Shown here piece after piece: positions 1-9,726 of a DNA stretch of 64,000 bases. How positions within the stretch are numbered: the stretch's first letter is position 1; each line of letters starts with the position of its first letter. The notes below the pieces were generated by a model. It did no database searches and had not been told where the DNA came from. It saw only the letters and a program-made list of their open reading frames with translations. The DNA is from an uncultured Bacteroidales bacterium (GTDB lineage Bacteria; Bacteroidota; Bacteroidia; Bacteroidales; FEN-979). The position numbers and the translations under genes are program-made. The stretch is from contig CAISJJ010000250.1 of assembly GCA_903885595.1 (NCBI GenBank), forward strand, positions 12,207 through 76,206, given 5' to 3'.

Positions 1-1357
1 TTTTCCTGCCCGTGATTTTCAGATGACCTTCCGGTTCAATGCGCCCAAGGTCACCGGTGTGGAACCATCCGTCAGGTCCTATCGCATCAGTTGTCATTTC
101 CGGTTCTTTAAAATAGCCCAGCATGACATTTGGCCCTTTGCATAAAATTTCTCCATCATCGGCAATTTTAACCTGAACTCCCTTTAAAACCTTGCCAACT
201 GTGCCAAACTTTAATCCGTTTTCGGTAAGGTCATTCACTGCAATAACCGGCGAAGTTTCTGTTAACCCGTACCCCTCCAGCACATTGATCCCGGCACAGG
301 TAAACATCCTGGCCAACCGCGGTTGTAATGCGGCTCCACCAGAAATCACAAGGAGGTGCTTTCCTCCCAGTGCATCGCGCCATTTAGCATATACAAGCTT
401 GTCGTAAATTTTACGTTTCAGTTCATAAAACCATCCATTTGCGCCCTTTAGTTCATACCTCAATGCCAGGTGAAGCGCCCAGAAAAATATCCAGCGTTTT
501 ATACCTGTGAGTTTATGACCCGTGGCGAATAGTTTATCATAGATCTTCTCCAATAACCGGGGCACCGTGGACAAGATGTCCGGTTTAACATCTTTCATGT
601 TATCGGTAATGGTCCCTAAATTCTCGGCATAGTAGATCGAAAATCCAAGGAACTGATAAACATAATTCAACATCCGTTCATACACATGGCATAAAGGCAG
701 ATAGCTCACTGCTTTTGCCTCTTCACCAAAAGGAGGGATATAGGCACAAACCTTGAAATTCGAAATAATGTTATGGTGTGTAAGCATGACACCTTTCGGA
801 TTGCCGGTAGTTCCTGACGTATAAATTATGGTGGCAACATCATCAGGTTTGACTGTTCCTTTTCTCAGCGTGAGGCCTTGTTTATCGGCATTTTGCCTGC
901 CAAGTTCAATGAGTTCATTCAGATGCTTATGCTCATGATGGTCTTTGTATGTAAAAATCCCTTTGATATTGGTCATCTCGGGTAAGATATGATCAATTTT
1001 TCTCAGGAGTTCCTGTCCGGAAATGAAAACATAGGTCACCTCAGCATGACTCAGAATGTATTTATAATCCGATTCGCTGATCGTAGGATAAATCGGGACA
1101 TGTATCGCCCCAACCTGGAGGATGGCCATATCCACAAAATTCCATTCAGCCCGGTTAGAGCTGATTTGTGCAATTTTATCACCCGGTTGAACGCCCAAAG
1201 CCAGGAATCCGTAACTTATATTGTCGACGATCTCCCTGTATTGTTTTATGCTGTATTTACACCATTCCCCATTTTCCTTGGATGCCACGACATCCTCTTT
1301 AGGTTTAAATGTAGCTTCATGATAAGGTAAAAGATCAAAGATCCGGGTAACTTCCAT
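1..1357 (-). CDS. Long-chain fatty acid--CoA ligase (AMP-binding family), 3' end outside the window
   Basis: Not in the ORF track. Manual translation of the minus strand from ATG at 1357 gives MEVTRIFDLLPYHEATFKPKEDVV..., with P-loop IIYTSGTTGNPKGVMLTH, GYGLTETSP and WFHTGDLG motifs. Confidence 0.92.
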   Translation of the reverse strand, partial: MEVTRIFDLLPYHEATFKPKEDVVASKENGEWCKYSIKQYREIVDNISYGFLALGVQPGDKIAQISSNRAEWNFVDMAILQVGAIHVPIYPTISESDYKYILSHAEVTYVFISGQELLRKIDHILPEMTNIKGIFTYKDHHEHKHLNELIELGRQNADKQGLTLRKGTVKPDDVATIIYTSGTTGNPKGVMLTHHNIISNFKVCAYIPPFGEEAKAVSYLPLCHVYERMLNYVYQFLGFSIYYAENLGTITDNMKDVKPDILSTVPRLLEKIYDKLFATGHKLTGIKRWIFFWALHLALRYELKGANGWFYELKRKIYDKLVYAKWRDALGGKHLLVISGGAALQPRLARMFTCAGINVLEGYGLTETSPVIAVNDLTENGLKFGTVGKVLKGVQVKIADDGEILCKGPNVMLGYFKEPEMTTDAIGPDGWFHTGDLGRIEPEGHLKITGRK

Positions 1358-1482
1358 AATAATTTCTATTACATGACGTACAAATGAGAATTTTAATGCA
1401 ATGATAAAGAAAAAACAACGTGTTAGCGAAAAACGAGGTTATGAAAGAAGAAAATATACAACACCGTGTGCCGGTATGCATA

Positions 1483-2244
1483 TCAGAGAATTTTGTGAAA
1501 ATTTACTGCACTGGCCTGTGCAGTAGGCATCAGAACGAGTTCGTTTATATTGACATGTGAAGGGAGCGTGGTGACATAAAAAACTACATTGGCTACATCA
1601 TTCGCCGAAAGTGGAGTAAATCCATTGTAAACCATCTCGGCCCGCTCCTTATCCCCTTTGAAACGCACCAATGAAAATTCGGTGTTGGCGGCCCCTGGCG
1701 CAATATGTGTGACTTTTATGTTATGAGCGAGCAGATCGATGCGTGTACTTTTACTGATGGCGTCGACAGCAAATTTTGACCCGCTGTAAACATTACCCAT
1801 AGGATACACCTCTTTGCCTGCCACCGATCCTATATTAATGATGTGTCCCTGGTTGCGGGCCACCATCAGCGGCGCAACAGAACGGGTCATATACAATAAT
1901 CCTTTGATATTGGTATCGATCATGCGATCCCAGTCTTCAACCACCCCTTTATGAATGGGATCGAGTCCGACTGCAAGGCCTGCATTGTTAATCAGGATAT
2001 CTATCTTTCTCCAGTATTCCGGAAGTGTTTCAATCGCTTCTTCCACCTGTTTATGCTTCCTTACATCAAAAACCAGCGGGAACACTTCAACATTCCAGCT
2101 ATTAATCAGCTCTTTGGTCAGTTCATCCAATAATGCTTCCCGGCGGCCTGTAATGATCAGGCTGTGTCCGTTCTCTGCGAATTTCCGGGCAATCGCCGCT
2201 CCAAAACCTGAAGTGGCGCCGGTAATGAATACGATTTTTTTCAT
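1483..2244 (-). CDS. SDR family NAD(P)-dependent oxidoreductase (YdfG-like)
   Basis: TGATSGFG Rossmann motif, NNAG, and catalytic YSGSK. Confidence 0.9.
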   Translation of the reverse strand: MKKIVFITGATSGFGAAIARKFAENGHSLIITGRREALLDELTKELINSWNVEVFPLVFDVRKHKQVEEAIETLPEYWRKIDILINNAGLAVGLDPIHKGVVEDWDRMIDTNIKGLLYMTRSVAPLMVARNQGHIINIGSVAGKEVYPMGNVYSGSKFAVDAISKSTRIDLLAHNIKVTHIAPGAANTEFSLVRFKGDKERAEMVYNGFTPLSANDVANVVFYVTTLPSHVNINELVLMPTAQASAVNFHKIL

Positions 2245-2265
2245 TTGGGTTGGTTAAATATTAAA

Positions 2266-2337
2266 TAGCGAGGTAGCGAGGTAGCGAGGTAGCGAGGTAG
2301 CGAGGTAGCGAGGTAGCGAGGTAGCGAGGTAGCGAAA
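2266..2337 (+). repeat. Octamer tandem array (TAGCGAGG)x8 + TAGCGAAA
   Basis: Units start at 2266, 2274, ... 2322, followed by a variant unit at 2330. Confidence 0.97.
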
Positions 2338-2344
2338 TTATCTT

Positions 2345-5300
2345 CTATATTTTTGAATTTTGATCTTTGATCTTTGATTTTTCCTTTACCCATTCCCGTG
2401 CATTCACAAACGCTTCAATCCAGGGTGCTACTTCATCTGTTTTCCTGTCACCGGGATAGTATGCCCACTGCCAGGACAGCACTGAATCTTCCAGGTGCGG
2501 CATGATAGCCAGGTGACGCCCGTCGTTCGATGCGATACAAGCGGCATCGAATTGCGAACCGTTTGGGTTCCCGGGATATTCATGACAGCTGAATTTCGCC
2601 GGAATATGATACTGATGCTCCGGTCCGGGGAAATTGAACTTACCCTCGCCATGGGCAACCCAGATCCCCAGTTTAGATCCCGCAAGTGAATGCAACATCA
2701 CTGAATGGTTTTCGACAACATCCAATCCAACAAAAGCGCATTCATATTTATGCGAATCATTCCATGACATCTTTGGGTGCTGGTTCATTTCAGCTTTTGG
2801 ATGGTAAATTTCCGGATATATCAGACCCAATTCAACCAGCAACTGGCAACCGTTGCAAACCCCAAGGCTCAGGGTATCCTCTCGCCTGAAATAGTTTGTC
2901 AGGGCCTGGTTAGCTTTTTCATTAAAGAGAAATGCCCCTGCCCAGCCTTTGGCCGATCCGAGTACGTCAGAATTTGAAAACCCGCCAACAAAGGCAATCA
3001 GGTTTACATCTTCCAGATTTTCACGCCCGGAGATGAGATCGGTCATATGCACATCCTTCACATCAAATCCGGCCAGGTACAATGCCCAGGCCATATCGCG
3101 ATCGCGGTTTACCCCTTTTTCCCTGATAATGGCCGCTCTGATTCCCGTTTTCGTACGCCGGCGTGAATCGATCGCATATTGTCCAAAAGTACCGGTAAAT
3201 GATTTGGTAAACCTGAACTGTAATGGTTGCTGTTTGTAATGTGTAAACCGCTCAAGGGCAGGCTTTGCGCCTGATTGTCTGCGGTCAAGCAGGTAAGAAG
3301 TTCTGAACCAGGCATCACGCATTGAATCTATGTCGAATGAATGATGGTCGGAGCCATTGGTAATGGCAATGGTTCTTTCCTGGTTGATTGAACCAATCCT
3401 GACGAAATCAATCCTTGCCAGTTTCATGATATCCTGAACTGCTTCCACATCCGTGACCTGGATGACGATCCCCGGATTCTCACTGAAAAGCAACCTGATG
3501 TTATCGCGTTCCTCCATCTGGGTCAGGTCAGCATCCATGCCAAAATCAACATTAGCAAATGTCATCTCCAGCAAGGTCGTGATCAGTCCTCCTGCAGAAA
3601 TGTCGTGACCGGCCAGGATCAGGTTATCGCGGATCATCAGCTGCACGGCCTCAAAAGCCCTGATAAAATATCCTGAATCTTTTACCGTGGGAGCTTCATT
3701 CCCGATTGTATTGACCACCTGGGCAAAACTGCTTCCGCCCAGTTTCAGGGAATCCCTTGAAAAATTGATGTAAAGCAACTGGGAACCAGGTTCATTGATC
3801 AGAACCGGGCTGATCACTTTCTTCACATCCGAAACTTCAGCAACCGCAGAAATGATAACGGTTCCGGGCGATAATACCATCGTTCCATCCGGGTACTTCT
3901 GGGTCATTGACAATGAATCCTTGCCAGTCGGAATGTTGATCCCCAGTTCAATTGCAAAATCACTGACGGCCTTGACTGCGGCATAAAGCCGGGCATCCTC
4001 ACCCGGATTTCTACATGGCCACATCCAGTTTGCTGAGAGTGAAACGCCTTTCAGTCCATGGGTCAGTGGCGCCCAAACCAGGTTGGTAAGCGCTTCGGCA
4101 ATCGAAAGACGCGATCCTGCTGCCGGATCGATCAAGGCTGCAACCGGTGCATGGCCAAGGGAAGTTGCGATTCCCCTGACGCCGGTATAATCGAGCGCCA
4201 CAACCCCCAGGTTATTCAGTGGGAGTTGAACTGTTCCGCATGTCTGCTGCATTGCAATTTTTCCGGAAACAGCACGGTCAACCTTGTTGGTAAGCCAATC
4301 TTTGCAAGCCACTGATTCCATTTGTAAAACAGCTTCAAGATAGGTTACAAGCAGGTTTGGTTTATAGGGTAGTTGTGAATAGATTGTCGGATAGGACAAG
4401 TCCCGAAGGATCGTTTTGGGAGGTTTTCCAAAGAAATCCTCCAGTTTAAGATTAATGGGTTTGCTGTCGTTTTTCCGGTCGTGGAAAACAAGCAGTTGAT
4501 CGGCCGTTGTTTTACCGGCTTCGTATAACGGCGCCCGCTCACGGAGTGCAATTCTTTCAAGCATGGAGAGGTCTTTCTCACCGATCACGAGCCCCATTCG
4601 CTCCTGTGACTCATTACTGATGATCTCCCGGGCTGATAAAGTTGGATCTCCCACAGGAAGTGCATCAATATGGATGGTCCCGCCGGTATTCTCCACAAGT
4701 TCTGAAAGGGAATTGAGGTGTCCTCCTGCTCCATGGTCATGGATCGATACGATGGGATTGTGGTCCATTTCGGTCATGGCCCTGATGGCATTGAAGACCC
4801 GCTTCTGCATCTCGGGGTTCGATCGCTGCACGGCATTCAGTTCAATGGAATTGCCGTATTCGCCGGTTGCAACCGATGAAACAGCTCCTCCTCCCATGCC
4901 GATCCGGTAATTATCGCCACCGAGAACGATGATATGCTGCCCCCCTTCGGGGTTTTCCTTGAGGCTGTCTGCTTTCCGTGCAAACCCGATTCCGCCGGCC
5001 TGCATGATAACCTTATCAAATCCGAATGTCTTCCCGTTTTCTTCATGCTCAAAGGTCAGCAGCGATCCGCAGATCAGGGGTTGTCCGAATTTATTGCCGA
5101 AGTCACTCGCGCCATTGGATGCCTTTATAAGGATCTCCTCAGGAGTCTTATATAGCCATGGTCGGGCTTCAATCGCTTTTTCCCATGAACGGCCACCCTC
5201 AAGCCGGGGATAGGAGGTCATATACACAGCTGTTCCGGCCAGGGGAATGCTCCCCTTCCCGCCGGCCATCCGATCGCGGATCTCGCCTCCGGAGCCGGTA

Positions 5301-6142
5301 GCAGCGCCATTGAATGGTTCGACTGTGGTAGGAAAGTTATGGGTTTCAGCTTTCAGGGATATGACAGAACTGATATCCCGGATGGTGAAAAAATCGGCTA
5401 CATGCTGCCGTACGGGTGCAAATTGCTCTATTTCAGGTCCCAGGATAAATGCGACATTGTCTTTATAGGCAGATACGATGAAGTTTGGATGTTCCCTGGC
5501 GGTTTTTTTAATCATTGAAAAGAGCGATTCAGGCATTTCCTTCCCATCAATGATGAAAGTCCCGTTGAAAATTTTATGCCTGCAATGCTCTGAATTAACC
5601 TGTGAAAACCCAAAGACCTCGCTATCGGTAAGTTTCCTGTTGAGCTTATGAGACAGGCCGATGAGGTATTGAATCTCTTCGTTGCTCAGCGCCAATCCTT
5701 CCCTGGTATTGTAGGCGGCAATATCCTCAATAAACAGAACCGGATCCGGATTGTGCAGGATATGAAATATCTCCTGATTCAGTCCTTCATAAACATGTTG
5801 GAGCATGGGATCGAATTTCGGGACACGGGACACGGGACGCGGGAATGAAGAAATTTTACCTTCTTTTCCATCTTCACTCGTAAATCGTAAATCGTAAATC
5901 GTAAATTCTTCTATACGAAGTATTCCCGCAATTCCCATGTTCTGCGTGATCTCCACTGCATTGGTACTCCAGGGGGTGATCATTTCCCGCCGGGGGCCAA
6001 TAAAGCTACCCTTCAAAACAGATTCGGCGATGCATTCTGCATCGCCGAACAGCCAGATTAATTTATTCAGGTCTTTTTCGCCAGGTTTTTCATGGCTTTC
6101 CACTGCATAAAAATGCTCGGAATTTTTAAAATATGTTATCAT
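2345..6142 (-). CDS. purL: Phosphoribosylformylglycinamidine synthase (large PurL)
   Basis: NSEHCRHKIFN, KAETHNFPT, glutaminase GVCNGCQ and MPHLE motifs; 1265 aa. Confidence 0.97.
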   Translation of the reverse strand: MITYFKNSEHFYAVESHEKPGEKDLNKLIWLFGDAECIAESVLKGSFIGPRREMITPWSTNAVEITQNMGIAGILRIEEFTIYDLRFTSEDGKEGKISSFPRPVSRVPKFDPMLQHVYEGLNQEIFHILHNPDPVLFIEDIAAYNTREGLALSNEEIQYLIGLSHKLNRKLTDSEVFGFSQVNSEHCRHKIFNGTFIIDGKEMPESLFSMIKKTAREHPNFIVSAYKDNVAFILGPEIEQFAPVRQHVADFFTIRDISSVISLKAETHNFPTTVEPFNGAATGSGGEIRDRMAGGKGSIPLAGTAVYMTSYPRLEGGRSWEKAIEARPWLYKTPEEILIKASNGASDFGNKFGQPLICGSLLTFEHEENGKTFGFDKVIMQAGGIGFARKADSLKENPEGGQHIIVLGGDNYRIGMGGGAVSSVATGEYGNSIELNAVQRSNPEMQKRVFNAIRAMTEMDHNPIVSIHDHGAGGHLNSLSELVENTGGTIHIDALPVGDPTLSAREIISNESQERMGLVIGEKDLSMLERIALRERAPLYEAGKTTADQLLVFHDRKNDSKPINLKLEDFFGKPPKTILRDLSYPTIYSQLPYKPNLLVTYLEAVLQMESVACKDWLTNKVDRAVSGKIAMQQTCGTVQLPLNNLGVVALDYTGVRGIATSLGHAPVAALIDPAAGSRLSIAEALTNLVWAPLTHGLKGVSLSANWMWPCRNPGEDARLYAAVKAVSDFAIELGINIPTGKDSLSMTQKYPDGTMVLSPGTVIISAVAEVSDVKKVISPVLINEPGSQLLYINFSRDSLKLGGSSFAQVVNTIGNEAPTVKDSGYFIRAFEAVQLMIRDNLILAGHDISAGGLITTLLEMTFANVDFGMDADLTQMEERDNIRLLFSENPGIVIQVTDVEAVQDIMKLARIDFVRIGSINQERTIAITNGSDHHSFDIDSMRDAWFRTSYLLDRRQSGAKPALERFTHYKQQPLQFRFTKSFTGTFGQYAIDSRRRTKTGIRAAIIREKGVNRDRDMAWALYLAGFDVKDVHMTDLISGRENLEDVNLIAFVGGFSNSDVLGSAKGWAGAFLFNEKANQALTNYFRREDTLSLGVCNGCQLLVELGLIYPEIYHPKAEMNQHPKMSWNDSHKYECAFVGLDVVENHSVMLHSLAGSKLGIWVAHGEGKFNFPGPEHQYHIPAKFSCHEYPGNPNGSQFDAACIASNDGRHLAIMPHLEDSVLSWQWAYYPGDRKTDEVAPWIEAFVNAREWVKEKSKIKDQNSKI
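5819..5905 (+). repeat. Two heptamer arrays inside purL: CGGGACA-type x4 and (TCGTAAA)x4
   Basis: CGGGACA CGGGACA CGGGACG CGGGAAT at 5819-5846; four perfect TCGTAAA copies at 5878-5905. Confidence 0.9.
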
Positions 6143-6149
6143 GTTAATG

Positions 6150-6215
6150 AAAATTCAAAATGCAAAATTCAAAATGCAAAGTGCAAAAATTCGGTATTCG
6201 ATATTCGATATTCAT
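6150..6215 (+). repeat. Intergenic heptamer arrays (AAAATTC/AAAATGC and TATTCGA types)
   Basis: aaaattc aaaatgc aaaattc aaaatgc aaagtgc, then tattcga tattcga tattc, between trxB and purL. Confidence 0.85.
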
Positions 6216-6216
6216 T

Positions 6217-7152
6217 TTAATTTGTCAGAAAGCGCTCTGCTTCAATTGCCGCCATACACCCGGTGCCTGCTGCGGTTATTGCCTGGCGGTAATGATGATC
6301 CTGAACGTCGCCTGCTGCATATATACCAGGAACGCTGGTTTGTGTGGTTCCCGGTTTTGTAATAACGTAATATTGGTCATCTAACTCAAGCTTGCCGACA
6401 AACATTTCAGTATTGGGTTTATGGCCGATGGCCACGAAGAATCCCGTCACCTGTAAGTCTCTGGACTCGCCGGTTTTAACATTGCGAACGCGAACCCCGG
6501 TAACGCCGCTTTCATCACCCAGGACATTCTCCGGGGCTGCGTTCCATACCATTTCAATATTTGGTGTATTAAGAACCTTATGCTGCATGGCTTTTGAAGC
6601 GCGCAGTTCATCACGGCGGTGGATCATATAGACTTTTTTGCAGAGTTTTGCAAGATAAGTAGCCTCCTCAGCAGCAGTATCGCCTCCACCAACGATGGCC
6701 ACATCCTGACCCCGGTAAAAGAATCCATCACATGTTGCACAACCTGAAACGCCCATGCCCATGAATTTCTTCTCCGATTCCATTCCCAACCATTTGGCGG
6801 ATGCTCCGGTTGCGATAATCACGGTTTCTGCAACAATGGTTTTACCATCATCCGCCCTGACAATAAATGGCCGGTTGGAAAAATCGACTTCTGTAACAAC
6901 ACCGAACCTAACCTGAGTTCCAAACCGTTCGGCTTGTTGCTTGAATTCTTCCATCATTACCGGTCCGGTTATTCCTTTGGGATACCCTGGAAAATTATCA
7001 ACCTCGGTTGTAATGGTTAATTGTCCTCCCGGTTGCATTCCCTGGTACATCACGGGTTTAAGATCTGCCCTGGCAGCATAAATAGCTGCTGTATATCCGG
7101 CCGGACCTGATCCAATGATCAGGCAGCGGACATTTTCCTTATTTTCGTTCAT
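6217..7152 (-). CDS. trxB: Thioredoxin-disulfide reductase
   Basis: IIGSGPAGYTAA, redox CATC and GGGDTAAEEA motifs. Start moved to MNENKE at 7152. Confidence 0.96.
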   Translation of the reverse strand: MNENKENVRCLIIGSGPAGYTAAIYAARADLKPVMYQGMQPGGQLTITTEVDNFPGYPKGITGPVMMEEFKQQAERFGTQVRFGVVTEVDFSNRPFIVRADDGKTIVAETVIIATGASAKWLGMESEKKFMGMGVSGCATCDGFFYRGQDVAIVGGGDTAAEEATYLAKLCKKVYMIHRRDELRASKAMQHKVLNTPNIEMVWNAAPENVLGDESGVTGVRVRNVKTGESRDLQVTGFFVAIGHKPNTEMFVGKLELDDQYYVITKPGTTQTSVPGIYAAGDVQDHHYRQAITAAGTGCMAAIEAERFLTN

Positions 7153-7243
7153 AAAATTTATTTTGAACCACAAAAATAGAAAAAAATGGCACATCCCCGG
7201 AATTTGAATTTGAAATGAAGGTTGGATGGATCAAAATTTTACT

Positions 7244-7251
7244 TAAGTTTG
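7244..7251 (+). promoter_or_regulatory. Bacteroidota -7 promoter box (TAAGTTTG) for tRNA-Pro
   Basis: Matches the TAnnTTTG consensus about 35 nt upstream of the tRNA. Confidence 0.6.
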
Positions 7252-7285
7252 CAGCCTCAAATCCGGGAATGATTCCGGAATCAAT

Positions 7286-7359
7286 CGGGGTGTGGCGCAG
7301 TTGGCTAGCGTACTTGCATGGGGTGCAAGGGGTCGGAAGTTCGAGTCTTCTCACCCCGA
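7286..7359 (+). tRNA. tRNA-Pro(GGG)
   Basis: Acceptor stem CGGGGTG/CACCCCG, anticodon arm CTTGC-ATGGGGT-GCAAG, T-loop GTTCGAG; CCA not encoded. Confidence 0.96.
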
Positions 7360-7370
7360 CTTAGAAAGAC

Positions 7371-7410
7371 AAGGGTTTCAGACTATTCAGGTTTGAGACC
7401 CTTTTCTCTT
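7371..7410 (+). terminator. Probable intrinsic terminator after tRNA-Pro
   Basis: AAGGGTTTCAGAC...GTTTGAGACCCTT stem with G:U pairs, followed by a T-rich tail. Confidence 0.6.
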
Positions 7411-7447
7411 TATACAAACACTTTACAAACAAAATGTGATTTTCCCT

Positions 7448-8611
7448 CTAATGGCGATTGGATCCATTTGCTTTGACAAACAGAATATCAGTATTCAATT
7501 TTCTGTCGGTAACTTCTCCCGCAATGATAATATCTTTATCCCTGTTTAAAATCATTGTGTTGCAGGTTTCGTTTAAACCCCCTCCGACCATTTGCCTCCA
7601 TTCCATTTTCCCTTTTTGGTTCATTTTCATGATAAAGATAGCAGAAGAATTCTTTTCAAAATTATATAAAGTTCCTCCTATAAAAAAACCCTCTCCATCA
7701 CTCGAAACAATGGAAGTTTTTCCAACACAGCCATCCATCTTCAAATCTTCCTGCCAGTTTAATTTTCCTCCGGATGAGATCTGTGCAAACATCAGATAAT
7801 TCCTGCAAATTTTTTCTTTCTTGGATATCCCTGAAACAATAATATTCCCCTTGTTGTCCTCAATGGCATCGAAACCTACTTGACAATGAGGTGATTCAAT
7901 TACTTTTTTCCAGATCGTATTTCCATTCCCGTCCATTTTCACCAACGATAAATTTTTAGTCATTTTCTTGCAGTTGCCACAGGTCCCAACCAAAAGGATG
8001 GCATGATCCTTTAATGCGATCAGGTGGTAAGCCTCGGCAGGCTGGGCATCACCGATCGTTTTGGACCAAACCAACCCGCCATTGCCATCAAACCTGACAA
8101 CCAGCATTTTGTCACCACCATTACCGGTGGAACTGCTGTTCCCGGCAACGATTATAGAATTATCTTTCAGTGATAATAACTTATACCCTGTCTCCCCGCT
8201 GGTATCACCATGTAATTTTTCCCAAAGCAAATCGCCATCCTGACTAATCCTGCATAGAAAAAGATCAAACGAACTGCTGTTGTTAGCTTGTTCCCTTCCG
8301 GTCAAAACATAGGTATGGTCAGATGATTCTTCAACATCAAATATTTCAAGCCATCTTGATGAATTGATTCCAAGTTCCTTCTTCCAAATTATCTGTCCAT
8401 TCTCATCCACTTTAAGAATGAGTCCTTTCATGATTGCCTCCCCGGCAGACACCGTCTGACCGGCGAGCAAATAATTTCCATCCGTGGTTTGAATAATAGC
8501 ATTTACCTTATCCATAAACCTGTTATCATGGATCGTTCTATAAATTTCCTGTCCCGAAACAGAATTCATAAATACCATGATCAAGACTGAAAAAATGATG
8601 TTTGCTTTCAT
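7448..8611 (-). CDS. Secreted beta-propeller repeat protein, function unknown
   Basis: Signal peptide plus repeated 'K.D.nG...W.K..G' blades; no T9SS tail. Confidence 0.75.
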   Translation of the reverse strand: MKANIIFSVLIMVFMNSVSGQEIYRTIHDNRFMDKVNAIIQTTDGNYLLAGQTVSAGEAIMKGLILKVDENGQIIWKKELGINSSRWLEIFDVEESSDHTYVLTGREQANNSSSFDLFLCRISQDGDLLWEKLHGDTSGETGYKLLSLKDNSIIVAGNSSSTGNGGDKMLVVRFDGNGGLVWSKTIGDAQPAEAYHLIALKDHAILLVGTCGNCKKMTKNLSLVKMDGNGNTIWKKVIESPHCQVGFDAIEDNKGNIIVSGISKKEKICRNYLMFAQISSGGKLNWQEDLKMDGCVGKTSIVSSDGEGFFIGGTLYNFEKNSSAIFIMKMNQKGKMEWRQMVGGGLNETCNTMILNRDKDIIIAGEVTDRKLNTDILFVKANGSNRH

Positions 8612-8802
8612 AAAACACATTTTAAGGCTTATTATGAATAAATATTGATACCATTATAATGACTCGTCAAGCATTTTAGCTGGAAGAAATATAATGAAAA
8701 AAAAGACATTATTTTAGTATACGAAGGGTTAATTTGGCACCATTGGATTTTTCACAAGGAGACGTACCGAAAAAAAAAGGAAAGAACCCGACGATGGCCA
8801 GT

Positions 8803-9552
8803 TCACCTTACACTGTCCATCCTATGCAAATGCATGCCGGTTAAAGGGAACTCCAATTCAGTTCCGTGATGTGAGATGCGGCAGCGATGGGCTTTTCGAT
8901 CTACCGATAAAAGATTCGAACGGTTGATAATGATCGAACGGTTGATCCTGAAAAATCGTGAAGGATCGAGCAATTCTTCAACCCTGCCGATATTCATTGA
9001 AACAACAGCCTTCGTGCCGTTGATCAGGTATATTTCTGTGTAACTCCAGTCAGCCTGGCAGAACACCACTTCCATTGGGTTTATCATAATAAATCCATGC
9101 CGCGTATTGAACCTGATCTTTTCATGCTGGCTCAGGTAGGAAAACAACCTGTCGATCTTTTCCCTGAGGCGAAGATGCCAGATATCGGTTTTGTATCGTT
9201 GTAATGCGGCAAATAATTCATCTTTATTGATGGGTTTGAGCAGGTAATCAAAAACACCATGTTTAATAGCAGGAAGAGCATATTTATCTGATGTTGCCAT
9301 TAAAATAACAGAGGGTGAAATGTATAGTCTTCTTAAATCGAAAAGACGGTTAAAACCAGATTTGTCAATCAATGCCGCATCGAGCATGATCAGATCAGGA
9401 ATAGATTCGATAAATAACCGCGAAGCCTCAGTCAGGCTTGAGATGTAGCCAAGAATATCAAACTCGGTAACCGACCGGAGGTTAATATCCAGAATTTCCC
9501 TCGTTAAAGGATCCTCATCGATGATCAGGACGGTGATCTTTTCTGATTTCAT
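8803..9552 (-). CDS. LytTR-family response regulator (no adjacent kinase)
   Basis: Receiver IIDED...MLD...DYLLKP and LytTR FFRINRSIIIN. Start moved to MKSEKIT at 9552. Confidence 0.88.
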   Translation of the reverse strand: MKSEKITVLIIDEDPLTREILDINLRSVTEFDILGYISSLTEASRLFIESIPDLIMLDAALIDKSGFNRLFDLRRLYISPSVILMATSDKYALPAIKHGVFDYLLKPINKDELFAALQRYKTDIWHLRLREKIDRLFSYLSQHEKIRFNTRHGFIMINPMEVVFCQADWSYTEIYLINGTKAVVSMNIGRVEELLDPSRFFRINRSIIINRSNLLSVDRKAHRCRISHHGTELEFPLTGMHLHRMDSVR

Positions 9553-9669
9553 TGTCGAATGATACGGCAACATTAACCCGGAACACAAAGCTATAAAAAA
9601 ACCATGTAAAAGTCAACTGAGCTAGTGCTAATTTTACGGCTAACAATTATTACACTGCTCTTAGCTATG

Positions 9670-9708
9670 AAAAAAAGGCTGCCCCGAAAATTACGAAACA
9701 GCCTCTTT
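9670..9708 (-). terminator. Intrinsic terminator after the T9SS gene
   Basis: AGGCTG...CAGCCT stem next to an A-tract (U-tract on the minus strand). Confidence 0.65.
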
Positions 9709-9726
9709 AAAAATCAGAAATGATTA

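Noticed and set aside
2266-2337. Octamer arrays as a CRISPR array
   Set aside because: Units are 8 nt and contiguous with no spacers, and there are no cas genes in the window.
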